This document shows, piece by piece, positions 51,384-63,200 of a DNA stretch of 64,000 bases; positions within the stretch are counted from its first letter, which is position 1; the number at the start of each line of letters is the position of its first letter. The stretch is from Candidatus Moraniibacteriota bacterium. Its GTDB lineage: Bacteria; Patescibacteriota; Minisyncoccia; Moranbacterales; UBA11712. The DNA is taken from assembly GCA_030679895.1 (NCBI GenBank), contig JAUXSN010000047.1, positions 1,328-65,327 on the forward strand, read 5' to 3'. Under the pieces are notes generated by a model. The model was not told where the DNA came from. It did not search any database and worked only from the letters and a program-made list of their open reading frames with translations. The position numbers were made by a program, and so were the translations under genes.

Positions 51384-51492
51384 AAAATTATAAATTTGCC
51401 ACAATTAAAACAGGTGAAATCCTGTCCTTGGTTTGTATTTTTGTTTTTTCTATTATAACCTCTTTCCCTCGGATTTACCAGATTATCCCCTC

Positions 51493-53757
51493 TTACATCA
51501 TCTGCCATTTATCCCTTTCCTTCTGATCGATTATCTCGTCCTCGTAGCCTATTTTTTCCGATGGGCCGCTTTCGCCGACACTCACTAAAATCTCCCGCGG
51601 TTTCGACCCATCCGCCTGGCCGATAATCCCGTTTTCTTCGAGAATATCAAGAAGCCGAGCCGCTCTCGCATATCCGACCCGAAGCCTCCTTTGAAGCAGT
51701 GACGCCGAAGCCTTCCCTGCCTTCATGACCGTGTCTTTGGCTTCTTCGTATAATTCTTCCTCTCCTTCCGAAGAAGAAGAGCCGGTCCATCTTCCTCCGA
51801 AAACAGTTTTTTGCGGCGCCACCACATCTTCATTATATTCAACATCTTCTTCGAGCTGCGATTTTATCGATTTTACCACTCTCTTCACTTCCGATTCCGA
51901 AACAAACACTCCCTGCACCCTTTTCGGCTTGGGCGACTTGGCGGAGAGGTATAACATATCGCCGTTCCCCAGAAGCTTGTCCGCTCCGGCCATATCAAGA
52001 ATGGTCCGCGAATCAATTTGAGTCGCCACCTGAAAAGCGATTCGGGAAGTGATATTGGCCTTGATAAGTCCCGTCAGCACTTCAACCGAGGGCCGCTGGG
52101 TTGAAACAATAAGATGGATTCCGACCGCCCGCGCCATTTGAGCCAGTCTCACGATAGCCGCTTCAACATCCTTCGAATGCGAAGCCATGATGTCGGCCAG
52201 CTCATCAATGATAATTACGATATAAGGCAGGCGTTTTATTTCTTCTTCGATCACTTCTCCCGTTTCTTCATTAGTGTATGTTTTTTTCTGTCCTTCTTTT
52301 ATCTTATTGTTGTATGAAAAGATATCCCGCGTTCCAGCTTCCTGGAGCAATTTATAGCGGCGTTCCATTTCGCCGATTGACCATTTGAGGGAATTGGCCA
52401 CTTTACCGTTATCCACCACCGTCGGAGTGAGAAGATGCGGAATACCGTTGAAGGCCGTAAGCTCCACCCGCTTCGGATCGATAAGAATTAATTTGAGATC
52501 ATCCGGCGTATTTTGATAAAGCAAAGAAGTAATGATCGTGTTTATGGAAACGCTTTTTCCGGTTCCGGTCGATCCGGCAATCATGAGATGGGGCATTTCC
52601 GTGAGATCGCCCAGAATAAAATTGCCTCCCACGTCTTGCCCCAAGACTAAAGTCAAGTTGGTTTTCCTTTCTTCAAAGACAGGACTTTCAAGGATATCGC
52701 GCAGGCGCACCAGCGTCGATGATTTGTTCGGCACTTCAATTCCGATCAGCGATTTCCCTGGAATAGGCGTTTCTATCCTTAGAGGATGGGCCGCCAAGGC
52801 CAGAGAGAGATCGTTTTGAAGAGCCGTAATCTTGCTCAATTTCATTCCGGCGGCCGGCTTAAAACTGTATTGGGTAAACGAAGGTCCGACGCTGATTTCA
52901 CCAATCTCAACATCAATCCCAAAATTTTTGAGCGTTCTCTGAATAATCTTGGCGTTCGTCTCGATATCGCCCGCTTTGGCGGTTCCGGTTGTCCGCTCCA
53001 AAAGATCAAGTGGCGGAAACTTCCAGCCCAAGCTGACGGAGTTTCTCTGCGGCATTGGTTTCCTTTCGGGAAGATCTCTTGTCATTTTATTTTTTATTGC
53101 CGAAGCCAGTCCGGCCGCTTTTTTGATTTTTTCTTCATCCGAAGTCCGGGTTTCTTTTTCTTCATCTTCTTCTGAAGTTTCTTTTTCTTCGTCCTCTTCC
53201 GCTTCTTTGAACCAATTAATCGGGCGCGTCAGAGCCCGGAGAGGAATATTGAAAGCCAGAAGTAGAGCTGCGAGAGTTACCGCGAGGAGTACTATCATCC
53301 CGGCTGAAAAACCAAATAATTTCAAAGTCGGATAGGCCACGGCCGCGCCCAAGAATCCGCCGCTAAGCCCTTTTTCAGCCACCGCCATCATCCGGTCAAG
53401 CGGATTGAAAATATGGATAATCCCCAAAATTGCGGCGAAGAAAATAATGAATCCAGCCGCGACAAAAACATAATAGCTTTCCGAATCTTTTTTGAAATAG
53501 AGAAATCCGACCGCAATCAGAAGAACCGGCAGTAAAAATCTTCCGACTCCAAAAGCCAGCGCCAGAATCTTATTCAAATAACCCCCAAAAACTCCCGCTC
53601 CGCCAAACAGGCTGAAAATGGCCAGAACCGCCAGCACAATCAAAAAAACCGCCACGATGCTTCTTTTTGTATCGCCGCTCAAGCCTTTTTTCTTATAATA
53701 ACTGCCCCTCCCGTTTCCATTTTCACTGTCTTTTTCTTTTTTCTTTTTTTTCCCCAT
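51493..53757 (-). CDS. ftsK: DNA translocase FtsK/SpoIIIE
   Basis: 4 TM N-terminus, PHLMIAGSTGTGKS, DELAD, TQRPS and gamma domain LQRRLRVGYARAA. Confidence 0.96.
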   Translation of the reverse strand: MGKKKKKEKDSENGNGRGSYYKKKGLSGDTKRSIVAVFLIVLAVLAIFSLFGGAGVFGGYLNKILALAFGVGRFLLPVLLIAVGFLYFKKDSESYYVFVAAGFIIFFAAILGIIHIFNPLDRMMAVAEKGLSGGFLGAAVAYPTLKLFGFSAGMIVLLAVTLAALLLAFNIPLRALTRPINWFKEAEEDEEKETSEEDEEKETRTSDEEKIKKAAGLASAIKNKMTRDLPERKPMPQRNSVSLGWKFPPLDLLERTTGTAKAGDIETNAKIIQRTLKNFGIDVEIGEISVGPSFTQYSFKPAAGMKLSKITALQNDLSLALAAHPLRIETPIPGKSLIGIEVPNKSSTLVRLRDILESPVFEERKTNLTLVLGQDVGGNFILGDLTEMPHLMIAGSTGTGKSVSINTIITSLLYQNTPDDLKLILIDPKRVELTAFNGIPHLLTPTVVDNGKVANSLKWSIGEMERRYKLLQEAGTRDIFSYNNKIKEGQKKTYTNEETGEVIEEEIKRLPYIVIIIDELADIMASHSKDVEAAIVRLAQMARAVGIHLIVSTQRPSVEVLTGLIKANITSRIAFQVATQIDSRTILDMAGADKLLGNGDMLYLSAKSPKPKRVQGVFVSESEVKRVVKSIKSQLEEDVEYNEDVVAPQKTVFGGRWTGSSSSEGEEELYEEAKDTVMKAGKASASLLQRRLRVGYARAARLLDILEENGIIGQADGSKPREILVSVGESGPSEKIGYEDEIIDQKERDKWQMM

Positions 53758-53877
53758 CTTTTTTGAAGCTTAATACTTTGTTATTTTAACATATAATTCA
53801 ATTGCTTTCCAGTTTCTGGAAAAATAAAGGGATTTTTGGTAAGATAGGAGTAAGAGATAAAAAATTGAGATAAAAAT

Positions 53878-54504
53878 ATGCTGGTCTTTATTGATGATTC
53901 TGGTGATGCTGGATTTAAGCTAAATAAGGGGTCAACGGAATATTTTGTGATTAGTGCGGTTATTTTTGATGACAATCTTGAAGCTGAAAAAACTGCCGTT
54001 GCCATTAAAGAATTGCGAAGAAATATAGGATTTTCCGATAAAGTCGAATTCAAATTTAATAAATCAAAGAAAAAAGTCAGAGAGAATTTTTTGCAGACTG
54101 TTAATAAATTTAAATTCAGAATACGCTCCCTAGTTGTTGACAAAAAAATAATCAGAAGCGATGAGCTAAAGAATAATAAGGATTCGTTTTATAGCTATAT
54201 GATAAAGACGCTTCTGAAATATAATAATACCACTATTTCGGATGCATCCATAAAAATAGATGGGAGCGGCGACCGAGTGTTTCGGAGAAGTTTCGTTGCG
54301 TATTTGAGAAAACAACTTAATTCTCGCCAGACAAAAATTATAAAACAGTGCCGCCTTGTAAATTCAAAAAGCAATGTTTTGATCCAAATGGCCGATATGA
54401 TAGCGGGAAGCATCAGAAGGAATCGCGACACCGCAAAAACCGATCATGCTATTTACAGAAATATCATAAAGAAGCATATTGAAGATGAATGGCCATTTAA
54501 ATAA
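53878..54504 (+). CDS. DUF3800-family protein (RNase H-like fold, inferred)
   Basis: N-terminal FIDDSGDAG, central EFKF and C-terminal SKSNVLIQMADMIAG (QxAD) signature. Confidence 0.85.
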   Translation: MLVFIDDSGDAGFKLNKGSTEYFVISAVIFDDNLEAEKTAVAIKELRRNIGFSDKVEFKFNKSKKKVRENFLQTVNKFKFRIRSLVVDKKIIRSDELKNNKDSFYSYMIKTLLKYNNTTISDASIKIDGSGDRVFRRSFVAYLRKQLNSRQTKIIKQCRLVNSKSNVLIQMADMIAGSIRRNRDTAKTDHAIYRNIIKKHIEDEWPFK

Positions 54505-54505
54505 C

Positions 54506-54604
54506 AAAAAACAGCCCCGAAGGGCTATTTCCAACCACGTTCCTAGACTGGTTGTCCCAGCCACACCACCATCCGGTGATAGTTCGGAATACAGGTCTTG
54601 GTAC
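54506..54604 (-). ncRNA. Candidate DUF3800-associated structured RNA, convergent with the gene
   Basis: Own promoter (54610-54638), multi-stem fold and terminal AAATAGCCC-TTCG-GGGCTGTTTTTT terminator. Confidence 0.7.
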
Positions 54605-54609
54605 TTATA

Positions 54610-54638
54610 ATACTATCATACGGGGGAGAATATTTCAA
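54610..54638 (-). promoter_or_regulatory. Promoter of the DUF3800-associated RNA
   Basis: TTGAAA-N17-TAGTAT with TG extension. Confidence 0.65.
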
Positions 54639-54750
54639 CCTGAATGTGGATAACTAAACAATATTTGCTTTATATAAGGTATTTATATAGCATAAAAGGA
54701 ACTTTTTTATTTTTCTAAAACGGCGGATATCACTGATAGTCTAAATTAAT

Positions 54751-55455
54751 ATGCAAGATAGCGATAAAATAATTTCATATCACGAAATGGTAGGAATGGA
54801 AAAAATGCCCTTGCAGCGAGGCATGGTTTTTTCAGATGGAAAAAGAAAATATTCAATTTTGTTAATGTCGCAAAGAAAAGACGCGGTCTACAACGATGGC
54901 TTTGATGAAAATGGAAATTTAACTTATGAAGGACACGATGCAAGAGCTGAAAATGGCATTAACCCAAAAAAGATAGACCAACCATTTGAAACACCAAAAG
55001 GAACTTGGACTGAAAACGGGAAATTTTATAAAGCTGCAATGGATTTTAAAAGCGGAATAAGAAAAGATCCGGAACTTGTAAAAGTTTATGAAAAAATTGA
55101 TGTTGGAGTTTAGTCAATAAAAGGATTTTTCCAACTTATTGATGTTAAACAGGTATCTGGCGGAAAAAGAAATGTTTTCAAGTTTTATTTAAATCCAGTT
55201 TTGACTAAAATTTTTAACCGAGTTGAAGATTTACCATTCAATCGTTTGATTCCAACAGCGGTAAAAGTAAAAGTTTGGGAAAGAGACAGAGGGAGGTGTG
55301 TTTTATGTGGCTCAGTAGAAAATTTACATTATGATCATGATTTACCATATGCAAAAGGCGGAACAAGTTTGACAGAGAAAAATATTAGGTTGCTTTGTGC
55401 TACTTGTAATTTAAGAAAGCACGATAAAATAATGATTTTTGTTTGTTTCTTATAG
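54751..55455 (+). pseudogene. HNH endonuclease with SRA-like N-terminal domain, interrupted by an in-frame TAG at 55111-55113
   Basis: Track ORFs 54751-55113 and 55201-55455 share a frame and the linker is open after the TAG (GV*SIKGFFQLIDV...); CVLCG...HYDHDLP.AKGG...N..LLCATCN.RK HNH motif. Confidence 0.82.
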
Positions 55456-55519
55456 ATGAATATTTTTATAAAAAACAAAAATTATGCTTTACGGGGCTCT
55501 AATTAACAGTCTTCACAAA

Positions 55520-56467
55520 TTACAAGATCGCATTGAACAAATACCCGGTGATGATGATTCCCGTTCCGACAACCGCGGCAAAGATGATGATCAGTTTCAC
55601 CTTCATCACTTTTTTGAGAATCAAAAATTCGGGAAGGGAAAGTCCGGTTACCGCCATCATAAAGGCCAGGCTCGTCCCGAGGCTCACCCCTTTTTCCGTG
55701 AGCGCCCCGACGATGGGAATGATTCCGGCGGCGTTGGAATAGAGCGGGATGCCGACCAGCACCGCCAGGGGAACGGCGTACCAGTTGTCGCTCGCGGCGT
55801 ATTGGGCCAGCCAGCCAGTCGGCACGTAGCCATGGATCCAAGCACCAAGGCCGATTCCCAAAATCACATAGAGCCAGACTTTTTTCAGAATGCTTCCGGT
55901 ATAATTCTTGGCATATATCAAACGTTCTTTCCAGGTGATCGACCGGAGGTGGCCAAGCCTGCCGCCATTTTTCAAAACCGATTCTTCGAGCAGGCTTTCG
56001 ACATTCATCTTGCCGATGATGATCCCGGACAGATTGGCAATGATAAGGCCGCTCAAAATATAGAGAAGGGCGATTTTTATTCCAAACATCCCCCAAAGCA
56101 TAGCCAGAGCCACTTCATTGATCATTGGCGACGCCACCAAGAAAGAAAAAGTGGCTCCCAAAGGAACGCCCGTTTCGATGAATCCCAAAAAGAGAGGGAT
56201 GGCGCTACAGGTGCAAAAGGGGGTCGCAATGCCGATGAGGGAAGCCAGAAAATTAGCGGCGTATTCGTTGTTGCTGGATAATATTTTTTTGACTTTTGTC
56301 GGCGGCAGATATGTGCGAATGATCGAAACAACAAAAATTATCACCGCCATCAAAAGAAAGATCTTGATCGTGTCGGCGATGAAAAAATCAACCGCATCGG
56401 CGAGATGTGTTTGGGGAGCGATGTGAAATAAATTTCGGGTTATCCATTCGGATAGGCTTTCCAACAT
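55520..56467 (-). CDS. ArsP/DUF318-family permease
   Basis: TPFCTCSAIPLF, FLVASPMINE, GIPLYSNAAG and LSLPE motifs. Confidence 0.9.
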   Translation of the reverse strand: MLESLSEWITRNLFHIAPQTHLADAVDFFIADTIKIFLLMAVIIFVVSIIRTYLPPTKVKKILSSNNEYAANFLASLIGIATPFCTCSAIPLFLGFIETGVPLGATFSFLVASPMINEVALAMLWGMFGIKIALLYILSGLIIANLSGIIIGKMNVESLLEESVLKNGGRLGHLRSITWKERLIYAKNYTGSILKKVWLYVILGIGLGAWIHGYVPTGWLAQYAASDNWYAVPLAVLVGIPLYSNAAGIIPIVGALTEKGVSLGTSLAFMMAVTGLSLPEFLILKKVMKVKLIIIFAAVVGTGIIITGYLFNAIL

Positions 56468-56536
56468 TGGGTCGTTAGATTAGTTTGTTGAGTATCCGCG
56501 TATATTCTCTCAATTTATTTTTACATATTTCCTGTC

Positions 56537-56570
56537 AAAAGAAAAATCCCCTCTTTGGGGACTTTTCTTT
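56537..56570 (-). terminator. Terminator after rpoC
   Basis: AAAGAAAAATCCCC-TCTTT-GGGGACTTTTCTTT. Confidence 0.65.
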
Positions 56571-56591
56571 ATACTCTATGCTTGATATTTA

Positions 56592-59500
56592 TTACTTTAA
56601 ACTATTTCGATACCCCGTCCCGGCCGGGATCAATTTTCCGATGATGACGTTTTCTTTGAGGCCACGAAGTTTGTCTTCTTTTCCGGTGACGGCCGCGTTG
56701 ATGAGAACTTTGGCCGTTTCTTGAAATGACGCCGCCGAAAGAAAGCTTTCCGTCGAAAGGGCCACTTTTGAGATTCCGAGCAGCAATTTTTCACCGACCG
56801 CTAGGCTCTTTCCGGCTTTTTTAGCTTCTTCATTGGCTTCAATCAACTGGACATCTTCGACTATGTCTCCGGGAAGAAGGCTGGTGCTCCCTGAATCCAA
56901 AATCTTCACTCTCGAGAGCATCTGCCGGACAATAACTTCGATGTGCTTGTCGTTGATGCCTTCCCCCTGAGCGCTATAAATTTCCTGGACCTCTCTCACT
57001 ATATAGCGATGGACTGTTTCCACGCCTTCAATCTTGAATAGTTTTTTGAGATCGAGATGCCCTTCGCTCAAAACATGCCCCCGGACGATGAGATCCCCTT
57101 CGGAAACATTGAGATTCATAACCGCCGGCACGACGTATTCCCGAATATCTTTTTTCTTTTTCAGCCCTTCCGTTTCAATCCTGATTATTTTATCCTTTTC
57201 CGTTTCCTTTATCTCGACGACTTGGCCGTTGATTTCCGAAATAGCCGCTTCTCCTTTCGGAGGACGGGCTTCGAAAATTTCATCCACCCGGGGAAGACCC
57301 TGGGTGATATCCGTTCCGGCGATGCCTCCGATATGGAAGGTTCTCATAGTAAGCTGGGTTCCCGGCTCGCCGATAGCCTGGGCGGCCACGATGCCGACCG
57401 CTTGGCCGATCTGGACCACTTCACTTCTTCCCAGATCCATCCCGTAGCATTTCTGGCAGACTCCCCGCTTGGTTTTGCAAGTGATAATAGATCTTATTTT
57501 TACTTTTTCAATTTCTTTTCCGTCTATCTCTTCCGCTTTTTCTTTTGTTACGATCTCGCCTTTTTCCAAAATAACTTTCTTTGTTTTGGGATCAATCAAA
57601 TCTTCGATCAGAACTCTTCCGGCAACCCTTGAGGCGAAGCCGATTCCGATAGCGGCCGAATCTTCGCGATAAAGATAGCCTCCTTCTTTGTCCTTGCAGT
57701 CGGATTCTCTCACTACCACGTCTTGAGACACGTCCACCAGGCGACGGGTGAGATATCCGGCCGTGGCTGTCCGAAGAGCCGTGTCCGCCATTCCTTTCCG
57801 GGCTCCGTGAGTGGATATGAAATATTCCAAAACATTAAATCCTTCTTTGAATGAAGATTTCACCGGAAGTTCGATTGTTTCACCGGTCGGACCGGCTACA
57901 AGGCCTTTCATTCCTGTCATCTGCACCACGACCGCTTCCGTCCCGCGCGCTTTGGAATAAACCATCGCGTAAACTGGCCCTTCCTTGTCGAGCCCTTCTC
58001 TTACGGCTTCGGTAATCTTATTCTTCGCTTCGCTCCAAACTTCAATCACCTGGCTTTTTCTTTCCTGCGGCGTGAGAAGCCCCATTTCAAACTGCTTGCT
58101 TATAATTTCTATTTTTTCTTCGGCTGAACTCATTATTTCTTTCTTTTTAGGCGGAACCTTCAAATCATCCATACCCCAGCTGATTCCCGATTCGGTAACC
58201 AGCGAGAAGGCTAAATTCTTGAGATCATCCACGAATTTAGCCGTTTTTTCTTTACCTGAAATAGAAAGGCAATTGGCGGTTATCTCCCGCAGCTTCCCCT
58301 TGTCCATTTCGCCGTTGATAAATCCAAGTTCCTCGGGAATTATTTCATTGAAGAGAACGCGGCCCACTGAAGTTTTGACTCTTTCTCCCGAGATGTTTAC
58401 TTCGATTTCGGCTCTTAAATTAATTTTTCCGAATTGCAAAGCAATTGTCGCTTCCTCCGGCCCGGAAAATATCTTCCCTTCTCCCTTGAGTCCTTTTCGG
58501 ATGTGGGTCATATAGTAACAGCCCAAAACCATATCTTGAGTCGGAATCGTTATCGGCTCTCCGCTGGCCGGTTTCAAAAGATTTTTCGAAGACAGCATTA
58601 TATTGGCCGCCTCAGATCGGGCTTCGCTGGTAAGCGGCACGTGAACCGCCATCTGATCCCCGTCAAAGTCCGCGTTAAAAGCCGCGCAGACCATCGGATG
58701 GATCTGGATGGCTTTTCCCTCTATAAGCACCGGCTGAAAGGCCTGGATGCTCAAGCGATGCAAGGTTGGGGCGCGGTTCAGCAGGACAAAATGATGTTCG
58801 ATTATTTCATCCAATATTTCATACGCTTCTTCCGTTTCAAACTCAACCATCTTGCCGGCGCTCCGGACATTATGGGCGTATTCTTTTTCGATTAATTTAT
58901 TGATGATGAACGGCTTGAAAAGCTCAAGAGCCATTTTTTTCGGAAGTCCGCATTGGTGCAATTTGAGCTGCGGTCCGACCACAATAACGCTGCGTCCGGA
59001 ATAATCAACGCGCTTGCCGAGAAGGTTCTGCCGGAAACGGCCCTGTTTTCCTTTAAGCATATCCGCCAGCGATCGGAGAGCTCTTCTCTGTCCGGTGGAA
59101 GCAGCCACGGATGTTTGGCCGCGTCTCGCGCTGTTGTCGAAAAGGGCGTCCACCGCTTCCTGGAGCATTCTTTTTTCATTTCGCGATATGACTTCCGGCG
59201 CTCCGATTTCTATCAGTTTCTTGAGGCGGTTATTTCGGTTGATAATTCTCCGGTACAAGTCGTTGAGATCCGAGGTCGCGAACCTTCCTCCGTCCAATTG
59301 GACCATGGGCCTCAAATCGGGGGGGATGATCGGAATAACCGTCGGGAGCATCCATTCCGGCCGGATTCCGGACTGCCGCATTCCTTGATAAAGCTTGAGG
59401 CGCTTGAAGGCTCTTTTTTTATCAGAGATCTTTTCGTCATTGAGAACCGCCTCAATTGATTTTATTTCTTTTTCCAAATCCGTCTCTTCAAGAATCTTGC

Positions 59501-60179
59501 GAACCGCCTCCGCTCCGATTCCGGCCTTAAAGACATGGCCGTATTTCATGGAAAGATTGAAGTACTCCACTTCGGATAAAATTTGAAGTCTTCTCAAATT
59601 TTTTAGCTCTTCCTTACCGGTCTGATAAGCGTTTTTCAGTTCTTCAGTTTTTTCCTTGCCGTCTCCCTCTTCGCTATTGATTTTCTTTTGCTTCCCTTTG
59701 TACTCCGAATCCAGACTTTCCAAAGCTTCTTTTCTTGACTCTTCATTCACTTCTGAAACTACGTAGCTGGCAAAATAGACGACCTTTTCAAGCTCCTGGG
59801 CGGACATATCAAGGGCCAGGCCGATTTTCGAAGGCACACCCCTCAAAAACCATATATGCGAAACCGGCACAGCCAATTTGATATGGCCCATGCGCTCCCG
59901 GCGGACAATTGACCGGGTTACTTCCACTCCGCACTTATCGCATATAATTCCCTTGTACCGGATCTTTTTGTATTTGCCGCAATAACATTCCCAATCTTTG
60001 GCCGGTCCGAATATTTTCTCGCAAAAAAGGCCGTCCCGTTCATAACGCTGGGTGCGATAATTTATTGTTTCCGGCTTTGTGACTTCCCCGTGAGACCAAC
60101 TGTGAATATTATCGGGACTGGCCAGCCTTAACCGGATAAAATCAAAGTCGCTGACTTTGGTAGTGGGAGGTTGATGCAT
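56592..60179 (-). CDS. rpoC: RNA polymerase beta' subunit
   Basis: [29 protein letters not shown] and zinc finger; start probably ATG 60179. Confidence 0.98.
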   Translation of the reverse strand: MHQPPTTKVSDFDFIRLRLASPDNIHSWSHGEVTKPETINYRTQRYERDGLFCEKIFGPAKDWECYCGKYKKIRYKGIICDKCGVEVTRSIVRRERMGHIKLAVPVSHIWFLRGVPSKIGLALDMSAQELEKVVYFASYVVSEVNEESRKEALESLDSEYKGKQKKINSEEGDGKEKTEELKNAYQTGKEELKNLRRLQILSEVEYFNLSMKYGHVFKAGIGAEAVRKILEETDLEKEIKSIEAVLNDEKISDKKRAFKRLKLYQGMRQSGIRPEWMLPTVIPIIPPDLRPMVQLDGGRFATSDLNDLYRRIINRNNRLKKLIEIGAPEVISRNEKRMLQEAVDALFDNSARRGQTSVAASTGQRRALRSLADMLKGKQGRFRQNLLGKRVDYSGRSVIVVGPQLKLHQCGLPKKMALELFKPFIINKLIEKEYAHNVRSAGKMVEFETEEAYEILDEIIEHHFVLLNRAPTLHRLSIQAFQPVLIEGKAIQIHPMVCAAFNADFDGDQMAVHVPLTSEARSEAANIMLSSKNLLKPASGEPITIPTQDMVLGCYYMTHIRKGLKGEGKIFSGPEEATIALQFGKINLRAEIEVNISGERVKTSVGRVLFNEIIPEELGFINGEMDKGKLREITANCLSISGKEKTAKFVDDLKNLAFSLVTESGISWGMDDLKVPPKKKEIMSSAEEKIEIISKQFEMGLLTPQERKSQVIEVWSEAKNKITEAVREGLDKEGPVYAMVYSKARGTEAVVVQMTGMKGLVAGPTGETIELPVKSSFKEGFNVLEYFISTHGARKGMADTALRTATAGYLTRRLVDVSQDVVVRESDCKDKEGGYLYREDSAAIGIGFASRVAGRVLIEDLIDPKTKKVILEKGEIVTKEKAEEIDGKEIEKVKIRSIITCKTKRGVCQKCYGMDLGRSEVVQIGQAVGIVAAQAIGEPGTQLTMRTFHIGGIAGTDITQGLPRVDEIFEARPPKGEAAISEINGQVVEIKETEKDKIIRIETEGLKKKKDIREYVVPAVMNLNVSEGDLIVRGHVLSEGHLDLKKLFKIEGVETVHRYIVREVQEIYSAQGEGINDKHIEVIVRQMLSRVKILDSGSTSLLPGDIVEDVQLIEANEEAKKAGKSLAVGEKLLLGISKVALSTESFLSAASFQETAKVLINAAVTGKEDKLRGLKENVIIGKLIPAGTGYRNSLK

Positions 60180-60235
60180 ATTTTTCAATGACCAGTGATC
60201 GGCGACCAATGATCAGTATATAAAATTAATTTATT

Positions 60236-63200
60236 CTAATTTTTTTGCTCTTTGTCCGCTGTCTCTTGATTCTTGTCGCCCTCTCCCTCTTCCTTCACTC
60301 CTGACAGTTCCACATTGAGACATAGTCCTTTAAGTTCATTGACTAAAACATTGAAGGAAGCCGGCACATTCGGACTCTTTATCGGCTCGCCTTTGATAAT
60401 AGACTCATAGGCTTTTGAGCGTCCCAAAACATCATCCGATTTGATCGTAAGCATCTCCTGAAGCGTATAAGCGCTGCCATAGCCTTCAAGCGCCCAGACT
60501 TCCATTTCTCCGAAACGCTGTCCGCCGAATTGAGCCTTTCCGCCCAGCGGCTGCTGGGTGATAAGAGAATAAGGGCCGATTGAACGCATATGGATCTTAT
60601 CTTCCACCAAGTGATTCAGCTTCATGATATACATATATCCCACCATAGTTTTTTCATCGAAAAATTCGCCAGATTTGCCATTTATAAGCCTTAATTTTCC
60701 ATCTTCGGGAAGACCGGCCTTCTTAAGCTCCACCTTGATATCTTTTTCGCTTACTCCGGCCAGAGACGGGCTGGCCACTTTATAGCCGAGTTTCGAAGCC
60801 GCCCAACCCAAGTGGGCTTCAAGAATTTGGCCGATATTCATTCGGGAGGCTACCCCCAGCGGATTCAAAATTATGTCCACCGGCGTTCCGTCCGGAAGAT
60901 AAGGCATGTCTTCAATAGAAGCTATTTTTGAAATTACCCCTTTATTTCCGTGCCTTCCGGCCAGCTTATCGCCCACGGAAATTTTTCGCAGCTGCGCCAC
61001 GCTTACTTGAATTTGCTGGATTACCCCGGCGGAAAGTTTGTCTCCCTGTTCACGCGAAAATATTTTAATGTCAACAATTTTTCCGTGCTCGCCGTGCGGA
61101 AGATAAAGAGAAGTGTCTTTTACGTCCTTTGATTTTTCTCCGAAAATCGCCCGGAGTAGCCTTTCTTCAGGAGTGAGATCTCCTTCGCCTTTGGGAGAAA
61201 TTTTTCCGACCAAAATATCGCCGGAAGAAACTTCGGCTCCGATGTGAATTATTCCGGTGTCGTCCAAATTTTTCAGTCTCTCTTCGCCAATATTGGGAAT
61301 ATCCCGCGTGACCACTTCCGGCCCCAGCTTCGTGTCGCGGACATCAATCGAAAAATCTTCAATATGAATTGAAGTATAACGGTCGTCCTCAAGCAATCTC
61401 TCTGAAATAATAATCGCGTCTTCAAAATTCGACCCTTCCCAAGGCATAAGCGCCACTAGAATATTTTGCCCCAAAGCCAATTCTCCATTGTCAGTGGAAG
61501 CTCCATCAGCCAGAAGCTGGCCCTTGTTTATCTGTTCGCCCTTTCGGACGCGCGGAATTTGGTTCATGCAAGTAAACGCGTTTGACCGCTCAAAACTTTG
61601 CAGATGATATACTTTTTTTACCGATTTTCCGTCTTCTTTTTGCTCTTTTAAGGTTATGTGATCGGCGTCAACTTCAATAACTTCGCCTTCATTTTGGGCC
61701 ATGACGACTTGTCCGGAATCAGCGGCCGCTTTATCCTCAAGCCCCGTTCCGACATACGGCGATTGGGGCATGATGCAGGAAACAGCCTGCCTCTGCATAT
61801 TTGAACCCATCAAAGCCCGATGGGCGTCGTCGTGTTCCAAAAACGGGATAAGGGCGGTGGCGACTGAAATGCATTGTTTGGCGGAAACATCCACAAAATC
61901 TATTTTTTCCGCCTCGATCATCGAAGGTTTTCCCTTCACCCGAGCTTCCACTCGTTCATTTAAAATATTTCCATCTTCGTCGACTTCTATATCGGCGTGA
62001 GCAATGCTTTTTCTGTCTTCAATTGTGGCATTGAGGTACTCTATTTCTTTCGTTATAAAAGGACGGATAGGAATTTCCGATATTTTAAGTTTTTTAATTG
62101 CTTTTGCCAGCTCTTCGCTTATTTTTTCTCCCTTTGAGGCCAGTGTTTTTCCGCTTTCGTCCTTGATTTCCTCCGCCAGCACCTTCCCCGCCAGTTCTTT
62201 GGGATTGTTTTTGGCCTTCAACGCCACTTTGCGGTAGGGCGTTTCGACAAAACCAAATTCGTTTATGCGGGCGTAGCAAGCCAAGTGGTTCACAAGCCCG
62301 ATATTCGGTCCTTCCGGTGTCTGAACGGGACAAATTCTCCCGTAATGGGAATGGTGGACATCGCGCACTTCAAATCCGGCTCGCTCCCGGGTGAGCCCGC
62401 CCGGACCCATCGCCGAAAGCCTCCTTTTGTGTTCCAGTTCCGCCAAAGGATTCACCTGATCCATAAATTGAGAAAGCTGGGAAGAAGCAAAAAATTCTTT
62501 TACCGCCGCGGCTACCGGCCGGGAGTTGATAAGCTGACCCGGAACCACCAGCGCCAAGTCGCAAGTGCTCATCCGGTCTTTGATGTTTCGAGTAAGCCTT
62601 GCGAGTCCCGCCCGAAACTTATTTTGCACCAGTTCTCCGACGCAGCGCACTCTTCGGTTTCCGAGATGATCAATATCATCCGAAATAGCCATCGGATCAT
62701 TGTTTAGTTTTACAATTTCTTTTACGATCATAATGAGATCCTCGGGTCGCAGAATTCGATGCTTCTCGTCATTAGGACAATCCATCTCGAGTCTTTGGTT
62801 CAAGCGATAACGCCCCACTTTTCCAAAATCATAACGTTCAAAATTGAAAAACATAGCCTCTATCATCTGTTTGGCGTTTTCAACCGATGCCAAGTCGCCC
62901 GGCCTTATCCTCTTATACACTTCCATAAATCCCTCTCCCTGCGTTTTGGACGCGTCTTTATTGATCGTGGCTTCAATATGATTTATCTCACCCGTATTGA
63001 CATCGGAAAATGTTTTTAACAATTCTTCATCGCTTGATATTCCGAAAGCGCGCAGCAGCGAAGTAATAGCCACTTTTCTTTTGCGATCAATCTTGACCCA
63101 AATGGCCCCGTCGAGATCCGTTTCCATCTCGAGCCAGGCTCCCCGGTTGGGAATAATTTTGGCTCCAAAAAGTTTTTGTCCCTTTTGGTATTCCATAGTG

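Noticed and set aside
54645-54653. DnaA box (TGTGGATAA) suggesting oriC
   Set aside because: Single box with no cluster and no dnaA or dnaN nearby.
55111-55113. Stop-codon reassignment or programmed readthrough
   Set aside because: TAG ends groL and trpS, and TGA ends pilC and purH, so code 11 applies; a point mutation or read error is simpler.
55484-56281. 265-aa plus-strand ORF
   Set aside because: Antisense shadow of the ArsP-family permease.
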